Shown here: positions 8,663 through 10,022 of the stretch, piece by piece | Layout of the letters: every line of letters starts with the position of its first letter | Numbering within the stretch: the stretch's first letter is position 1 | Assembly: GCA_044359815.1 (NCBI GenBank) | Contig: JBIKLL010000088.1 | Coordinates: 1-10,022 of the forward strand | DNA length: 10,022 nucleotides | Source: Pseudobdellovibrionaceae bacterium | GTDB taxonomy: Bacteria > Bdellovibrionota > Bdellovibrionia > Bdellovibrionales > Bdellovibrionaceae | Reading direction: 5' to 3' | Translations under genes and position numbers: made by a program | The notes under the pieces: generated by a model | The model's input: only the letters and a program-made list of their open reading frames with translations | Database searches by the model: none | What the model was told of the DNA's origin: nothing

Positions 8663-8756
8663 TATATGGGGACTGTAAAGGCATCAAGCAACAAAATAGT
8701 TTTTAGCTGTGGGCTTAGCTGTTGCAGTTGCTCTGAAAATCATATTAACTAGCCCA

Positions 8757-9689
8757 ATGCCAGTACTGCACTTGCATTTAATTACATTCATATTGGGTAT
8801 GGGAATCAGTCAGATAAAATCAAATCTGCGATTTCCTGAAAGCTTTTATCAGGTTGTTTCAATTTACCTGTTGTTTGGAATTGGATTTAAAGGCGGGGCC
8901 GCCATCAGGGGTATTGAACCTTCATTTTTTCTGAAATCGCTTATTGTTTTATGTATTGGGATTTGTGGGACCTTTGCTCTGGATCAGTTGCTTAAAAAAT
9001 TAAATGTTTTGGACGCGCCTAACAGATTGGGCTTGGTTGCCCATTTGGGGTCTGTTTCAGCCATTACATTTTTAACTGCCATGGAATTTTGGCGGTCCAG
9101 ACTGGGAAATGCTTCATCTGAATGGGCGTTTTTTTTATTGCTGTTGGAGCTACCCGGAATTTTGTACGCCGTGATGCTGTACCAAAAAAGCAAAACCGGC
9201 AGATTTAATTGGTCAGCGATTGGTGATATTTTGCGGGGCAAGAGCTTTGTGCTGTTGATCGTGGGATTTGCCGCCAGTTTTTTAGCTTCGAAATCTAGGG
9301 AATTTGATTTTGCCTTGGGATTTTTCACCAACCCTCTATCAGGTATTTTGTGTTTATTTTTGTTAGATTTGGGTATTTATTCTGGCGAACGTTTTTCGGA
9401 CCTGCGTGGGATTTCTAAGAAGATTTTGTTTGCGACTTGGGGATCATCTGTTTTTTTTGGATTGCTTAGCGGATTGATTTGTAAATTGTTGGGGTTTTCA
9501 CCCGGAGAAGCCTTTATCGTTTCAGTATTGATAGCCAGCGCTTCTTACATCGCCGCACCTTTGGTAGTCAGAAACGAAATTCAAGAAGCCAATCCGGCCT
9601 TGGGATTGAGCTTAAGCTTGGGATTGTTATTTCCTTGGAATCTGATGGCAGGCATCCCAATCTATTTTTGGTTTGCCAACCTGTTTTAG
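8757..9689 (+). CDS. sbtA: Sodium-dependent bicarbonate transport family permease (SbtA/DUF897); ORF track start is GTG 8709, ATG 8757 preferred
   Basis: Multi-pass hydrophobic protein with SNLRFP, SIYLLFGIGFKGG, AHLGSVSAITF, LFLLDLG, ASASYIAAP and SLGLLFPWNLMAGIPIY, matching SbtA family motifs. Confidence 0.88.
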   Translation: MPVLHLHLITFILGMGISQIKSNLRFPESFYQVVSIYLLFGIGFKGGAAIRGIEPSFFLKSLIVLCIGICGTFALDQLLKKLNVLDAPNRLGLVAHLGSVSAITFLTAMEFWRSRLGNASSEWAFFLLLLELPGILYAVMLYQKSKTGRFNWSAIGDILRGKSFVLLIVGFAASFLASKSREFDFALGFFTNPLSGILCLFLLDLGIYSGERFSDLRGISKKILFATWGSSVFFGLLSGLICKLLGFSPGEAFIVSVLIASASYIAAPLVVRNEIQEANPALGLSLSLGLLFPWNLMAGIPIYFWFANLF

Positions 9690-9716
9690 TACAATCCAAC
9701 TGGCCGCTCTGCCTGC

Positions 9717-10022
9717 GGTTGATTAGAATTTTAAAAAAAATATTTCCATGGTTTTACACCTTGTGAATACTTGCTAACGGCCGCAAGCTCATCTCTCGTA
9801 TTGCATAAATGCTAAGATAATTTGTTTTTACTGTTTTTAGACACATGCAGCGAGCGCGCGGGGCATATCTGGTGTTGAGTCATTTAATCTAGCTATGTAT
9901 ATGATAAATTATTAATCATATACATAGCTAAATTAAATGACTCATTACGAGAGATGAGCCCGCGGCCGTTAGCGAGTGTCTAAAAATAGTGAAAAAAATT
10001 ATCTTTGCATTTACGCATCACC
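9717..10022. repeat. Modular palindromic element, copy 3 (two nested layers, right-truncated): X (9717-9770), A' (9773-9803), Y (9804-9844), B (9847-9877), tip Z3 (9876-9944), A (9946-9974), Y' (9975-10015), start of B'
   Basis: A' 9773-9800 is the reverse complement of A 9946-9973 at 26/28. Y/Y' are inverted with 4 substitutions and a 1-nt gap. The tip is a 30-bp stem with one mismatch. B 9850-9877 is the reverse complement of 126-153 at 24/28. Confidence 0.93.

Noticed and set aside
1089..9331. Short alternative ORFs 1089-1418, 2055-2264, 2092-2367, 2334-2624, 2621-2803, 4528-4710, 5183-5368, 8424-8621, 8984-9331
   Set aside because: All lie wholly within longer, well-supported genes on the opposite strand or in another frame and show no recognisable motifs.
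9772..9974. Integron attC site (TGCTAAC...GTTAGCG ends resemble RYYYAAC/GTTRRRY)
   Set aside because: The ends do not fit the consensus, the span is about 200 bp, copy 2 has no matching GTT end, the intervening genes are multi-gene blocks in mixed orientation including pepN, and no intI is present.
9773..10022. CRISPR array (31-nt repeats, ~42-nt spacers)
   Set aside because: The direct repeats are highly degenerate, orientation flips at the centre, spacers recur as reverse complements, and no cas genes are present.
1..10022. Circular contig or terminal overlap artefact
   Set aside because: The two end copies have different hairpin tips and differ at 132 versus 10022 and at 51/55 versus 9941/9945, so they look like distinct copies.

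Overview
AT-rich bacterial chromosomal window. The dense signal-peptide orphan genes suggest a Bdellovibrionota-like host, which is an inference. Coding content: a + strand run of four predicted secreted proteins (HExxH peptidase-like, S1/P1 nuclease, HExxHxxGxxD metalloprotease, orphan), two - strand secreted proteins (an orphan and a DUF4360-like protein), pepN and an SbtA/DUF897-family permease. The main signal is intergenic: a family of long modular palindromes at 1-207, 5689-5887 and 9717-10022. In these, two conserved GC-rich ~30-nt motifs (A: TACGAGAGATGAGCCCGCGGCCGTTAGC; B: GCGAGCGCGCGGGGCATATCTGGTGTTG) face each other inside AT-rich inverted arms. The arms differ between copies but always stay self-complementary, and the unit can nest inside itself in inverted orientation. 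A fourth long palindrome (3917-4100) has a different GC-rich cap. No transposase, integrase or cas gene is visible in the window.
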